Positions 60,801 to 64,000 of a stretch of 64,000 bases of DNA are shown here, piece after piece; the stretch's first letter is position 1; each line of letters starts with the position of its first letter. Under the pieces are notes generated by a model, which was given only the letters and a program-made list of their open reading frames with translations, had not been told where the DNA came from and did not search any database. The stretch spans positions 1 to 64,000 of the forward strand of contig JAVECO010000087.1 in NCBI GenBank assembly GCA_051942205.1, read 5' to 3'. The DNA comes from Coniocarpon cinnabarinum (taxonomy: Eukaryota). The position numbers were made by a program, and so were the translations under genes.

Positions 60801-63800
60801 GTATCGCAATAGTTTTCGTTCCGAGAAGCGCGTCTCGAGTCTTGTTGCCTACAAGCACTTCCTTTTTGCTTCCCATTAGGGTCTCTATACCACTGAAGAG
60901 CCCATTCAGATCTTTGGCGAAGGTCGGGCGATGGCTGTTGATCCCGATGTCGACCTCCTTGCGGACTTGTTGCTGTCTTGCTTTGATCATAAATTTGAGA
61001 ATATGGGCGCCGACTTTGAAGGTCGACCGGAGCCTCTTTGAATTTTCGGGAATGGCCGGATCTTCTAGCATCCGGTTCCAGCTTCTTGACAAACAGGGAA
61101 ATGCAAATGGATAATTGAAGTCGTTCTCGGCATAGTCATCGACGACCGGCTGAAGATTAAAACGGCGATCGTGCACGATTCCTAAAGTCCTGACCAACGC
61201 CTCCAGAACCAGATCTTCGAATTCTTCTTTCCCAGAGAAATGGACGACAATGCCGAAGAGAGAGTGCATCACGTCTTTTAAGGATTTGACAGTCTCCTGT
61301 TCCGCAACAAATGGAAACTGTTTGAGAATCGCCAACACGTCCTCGTCTTTTTGGTCTTCCCATTTGAGCAGTCTGAGGAGGATGTTGCTTTGAGAGAAGG
61401 CCGTACTGCAGGACTTCGTAGAAACAACCACTGACGCCAGAGGCCCTGTTACGGTCTCATCGCGTGTACGTGCTCTCCAGGGCAGGTCCAGATATGGTCT
61501 GCGGCGGTGTTCATCTCCGGAGGTTGAAGAGTCATACTTGTACATGGACAGCACATGGTCTGCATCTTGAATAAAAGCACCATTCTTCCACAGTGGCATC
61601 CAGAAGAGCGCGAAGGGCTTCGGCTCATCGCCTTCCCAGAGGCTGAATATCACGTGACAGCGGTGAATGATATGCGGATCCACGTTGAGTCGAACAGTTT
61701 GGTTCCATGACTCGCCGCGTTGGATCGCGTAAGAGCGCCAGGCAGTCTGAGCATTGCGGCTCGACCCTGGGCAGATTGCAGATTTCTGTAGATTTCCGTC
61801 TTCGTCGCGAACTTCCAATATAACCATCAGATTGGCCATATTAATGTCCGTTGGGATTGGGACGTGGTCCTCTCGAGGGTGTAGTAGGAGAGCGTTGAGA
61901 GGGAGCTTGACAGTCTTGAGGGATAGGTAAACATCACTTCGCTGCTGGCGTGGTGCTCCTGCAAAGCTTGTTCGCGGCGACGTGATGACATCATGGAACA
62001 GCGTTGGAATAGTACGGTAAAGGTTGTGGGCATTAGGATCTTGGAAAGGGTTGAGACGCAGTGAGAGCGTTGAGTTCTCCAAGCGGGATTTTGAGTTGAC
62101 GTGTTTTCCGAGGGCCTCCAGTGCGACGTCCCTCTCTTCATTATTTGCCCAGGTCGTTGCAGCGTTTAGTGCTGAAATGGGCCTGACGTTTATTTTGATG
62201 TCGCTTTCCTCGAGACTCAGCACGTGCTTGGTGATGTTAACTACAGCGAAGCCGGTCACGCGCTTGATCAAGGTCTCTTCCTGTGAAGTCTCTGGCACAG
62301 AGTGCAGGTTTGTTTGACCATGTCGTCCTCGTTCTTCAGAAGCAGAGCCATCCGCTCGAGACGCACTGTGTTTTGACGTCGACGGCTCGGATTCTTTCCT
62401 CCCCTTACGGCCCCACATAAAGCTTTGACGCCCTTCGCGAAGACTCCCTGTTCGGAACGCGGAATTGAAGCTTCGGGGAACGGTGCTCACGGGTATCTCT
62501 GTTGGAGCACCAGGTTCTGTGGGAGAGCCCGTCTGCATTGGGGATGGCAGCGATGCGGAAGGGCGACGACTGTAGATGTGTTCTTGGCTGATGATTTTCA
62601 CAACCAAATAGACGCTTGAGCGCTCGCCTGATTGGTCTGCCATATCAGCGCCGGTGACGTCGGCGAAGACCGTTTTGCGTGAACCGCCAAAGACATGAAC
62701 ACCCCCGGCTTGTCTATCTCCAACCTCGACTGAGAATGTTTCGGAGAGGATCTGGGCGTCGGCACCCTCGGGCTTGAGATATAAGCAAAACTCCAGCCTT
62801 GCCACGGCATCAGAGTTCGACTGGAAGCGTATTAAGGACATGCACACTTGGTACAAAGCTTTCAGGTCTCTTCGGTGTTCCTCCATCTTGTCCCCGAAGC
62901 TCATCATCGCTTGTCTTTTGGTGACTTCGACACACGAGTCATTCGCGGTCATGACACGACCCTTGTCTTCTTTGCTTCTGACGATGAGACCGCCTCCAAA
63001 AAGCTTGTTTCCGGTCACCATGTCCGCAAGTGCCTCCGCTCGGAGTTCTTCAAGTTCGTAGTCGGTCAAGATGTTGCATAAGATCTTACGGCGTGCAAGG
63101 TAGAGGCGATGGACAAGGTCTTTGAGCACATCAGCGTCGTCATATCTGCGTTCAAGCAACAGCTCGTGAAGCACGGATGCGTGCCATTCACGCAGACAGG
63201 AAGCGATTTCATCGATCAGCGGTTCTTCAACGGCTTCAGGGCTCTCGTCGCTAATCTTGAGCACCGGCACTGGTGCTTGGGGTTTGCCAGACATGCTGGT
63301 GTGCTTCTTGTAAGAGTGCGTGGTCTGTGGTTGCAGAGTTTGCGCGTCTTCGTGACTTTGGAAGGACTGTGTAGACGTATTTTTCTGTCCTGGCGGGGTT
63401 GGAAACTCGTTCTGAAGTTTGTGGAGCTCCTCATCAGAAATGTTTTGAGAAGAAGCCAGCGTCTTTGGCAGGGTGGACTCTCCGTTCTGAAAAAGAGTGA
63501 CGATGCCCGAGGTACGGTGACTGCGGTCGAGTTGCAACTTCTCACCGGGCACTCGGCGCTGATCAGGGTTGTCGCCATCGTCGACCACCTGCCGAAGCTC
63601 GACACAGGCGACTGGGAAGGTGCCAATGTAGACGCGTTTGTTGAGACTCCGACCCTTGGAAGTGGTAAGTCCTGCAATCAGCGAGGGTGCAGCGACAAGA
63701 TAACCGCGATACCAAGCGTTGTCTTCGCCGCCTTTTTCAATAGGATATAGCTCGTCGCCGACCTGGAGCGGTAGCTCTTCTAGTCCTTTGGCGACCCAGG

Positions 63801-63849
63801 GATGAATACATACCGCCCACCGGAGCGGCGACACCCGCTTCCAGGGCAT
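57892..63849 (-). CDS. DCK1: DOCK180-family Rac GEF (SH3, C2/DHR1, DHR2)
   Basis: N-terminal SH3 (ELPLQVGDELY...WYRGY), LIDEIASCLREW, C2-like region (ESWNQTVRL) and DHR2 (NFTEAGLALQLHAD, YFRVQFRGLGF, FPTVLRRSEI). Single ORF; first ATG (MPWK) at 63849. Confidence 0.94.
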   Translation of the reverse strand: MPWKRVSPLRWAVCIHPWVAKGLEELPLQVGDELYPIEKGGEDNAWYRGYLVAAPSLIAGLTTSKGRSLNKRVYIGTFPVACVELRQVVDDGDNPDQRRVPGEKLQLDRSHRTSGIVTLFQNGESTLPKTLASSQNISDEELHKLQNEFPTPPGQKNTSTQSFQSHEDAQTLQPQTTHSYKKHTSMSGKPQAPVPVLKISDESPEAVEEPLIDEIASCLREWHASVLHELLLERRYDDADVLKDLVHRLYLARRKILCNILTDYELEELRAEALADMVTGNKLFGGGLIVRSKEDKGRVMTANDSCVEVTKRQAMMSFGDKMEEHRRDLKALYQVCMSLIRFQSNSDAVARLEFCLYLKPEGADAQILSETFSVEVGDRQAGGVHVFGGSRKTVFADVTGADMADQSGERSSVYLVVKIISQEHIYSRRPSASLPSPMQTGSPTEPGAPTEIPVSTVPRSFNSAFRTGSLREGRQSFMWGRKGRKESEPSTSKHSASRADGSASEERGRHGQTNLHSVPETSQEETLIKRVTGFAVVNITKHVLSLEESDIKINVRPISALNAATTWANNEERDVALEALGKHVNSKSRLENSTLSLRLNPFQDPNAHNLYRTIPTLFHDVITSPRTSFAGAPRQQRSDVYLSLKTVKLPLNALLLHPREDHVPIPTDINMANLMVILEVRDEDGNLQKSAICPGSSRNAQTAWRSYAIQRGESWNQTVRLNVDPHIIHRCHVIFSLWEGDEPKPFALFWMPLWKNGAFIQDADHVLSMYKYDSSTSGDEHRRRPYLDLPWRARTRDETVTGPLASVVVSTKSCSTAFSQSNILLRLLKWEDQKDEDVLAILKQFPFVAEQETVKSLKDVMHSLFGIVVHFSGKEEFEDLVLEALVRTLGIVHDRRFNLQPVVDDYAENDFNYPFAFPCLSRSWNRMLEDPAIPENSKRLRSTFKVGAHILKFMIKARQQQVRKEVDIGINSHRPTFAKDLNGLFSGIETLMGSKKEVLVGNKTRDALLGTKTIAIQNFHTYLPELKGVMNSEEILTVAINFVNALSQVEGQTILYKLVLIQHISDAEIFPAEETRTEWLRHVADWISPHWGLADDPPPQWRDQIRLCCTIVATLYEKYGTANTVFWTRKLYQSYLIIREHTQLHSPANVVTPLFPTSYPFPTTHSGAKAQYDEALLELAALLAETASTPPEQYPDLPVNELSTGLSAILDVGKSILDFDAFPSDWLTIHIYHHRSCLRFMQSLYQVLTVKFLPEPDDALSFDDKLWYSFLTMLLKLVTSKAVEVERFPEQRRRAVWKVGGDIREGGAELLALSWHALGWELSDQDQSTYGIDKVGGLQSGLAPLLVAPLVELCLSPHDGLRSVGISVMRSIIIGTWMLDGNLDVVQTSMIDSLDHVFEQQVFSGEALHSVFVDELRVCFDQDASLTDQRLRNATQSLLNTISGLLDLLVAAYVPEFAGESGQHYEIVRLLEYYKALGKFDKYVGYVHRLSNMHVQAKNFTEAGLALQLHADIIEWDTETVLPAITDLAFPSQTAFQRKEQICFKMLEHYETSRAWYHALEVHAELATQYMKTTFDYSKLARAQRATAVINEKISKGDRRDCRYFRVQFRGLGFSDALRDKQFIFETEGTDRSSAFEDRLQGQYPNAKLVGGGELREVEGQYISVSPVSIQPDYSQPVHRYYNASLAIKDHVMYATPTKFGYTTRKVSNSQPVAEQIQEKTIFTVAKPFPTVLRRSEITKIEKVTIDPIHIGIDRTTRKTRELGQRIDQAQEGGEANMTALTEMLMILVSSKSPGGVWRYWDLLLEEKRPVKAQCLDPLSDDFDLEPPVTDAELIRQVQDPMRQALKASLVEHYLKIRFALDTYARGAHLATRADLQKEIATTFAPIIEYYALITPSRAESSKPAARAQGPTNTAPPKPSGEGVVPHTQSKHEVTSIQGGATHLATPPLGTLGLEGLDDPEHLPGGHKKGGGFFKRLSKLDVGAR

Positions 63850-64000
63850 GTTGACTTGCAAACTGGCCTGGCTAGGTGGGGAGGACAGTGTTGCCAACGC
63901 CCATTGCCGTCGGGCAAGATGGAGCGGTCAGGTGCCGGTGGAAGGCAGCATCAGACGGATTTGCCGGGCGCGTGCTCACCAACAAGAAACGGCCGAGCAA

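Overview
Eukaryotic DNA from a filamentous ascomycete (Pezizomycotina). This is inferred from short introns with CTRAC/CTAAY branch points, RIP-mutated repeats and gene content; the species cannot be named from sequence. Bases 1-~5425 are an AT-rich block heavily mutated by repeat-induced point mutation (RIP): the 3' half of a Ty3/Gypsy chromovirus abutting, probably inserted into, the 5' half of an oppositely oriented Ty1/Copia element. A partly mutated transition zone (~5.4-8.3 kb) follows. The remainder is compact and gene-dense: an RPEL-repeat protein, a small Cys-rich protein, KAR2/BiP, DOA4 and VPS27 head-to-head, an RTA1-like gene divergent from a Zn2Cys6 factor, a metallophosphoesterase-like/RRM/RGG protein, a Gln-rich repeat orphan, an SRPK-like kinase, NCR1/NPC1, two low-complexity hypothetical genes, RPS8, an S10 carboxypeptidase, SFA1 and a DOCK-family GEF. 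I found no CRISPR array, rRNA, tRNA or secondary-metabolite cluster, and no clear-cut new multi-gene system. The best leads are a 137-codon in-frame continuation behind the DOCK stop codon, a 5-nt microexon carrying a zinc-ligand Cys, a degenerate phosphoesterase-RRM-RGG fusion, prion-like 9-mer repeats and a fossil antisense ORF in the Gypsy element. Exon boundaries were read by eye, and family assignments come from motif recognition, not database searches.
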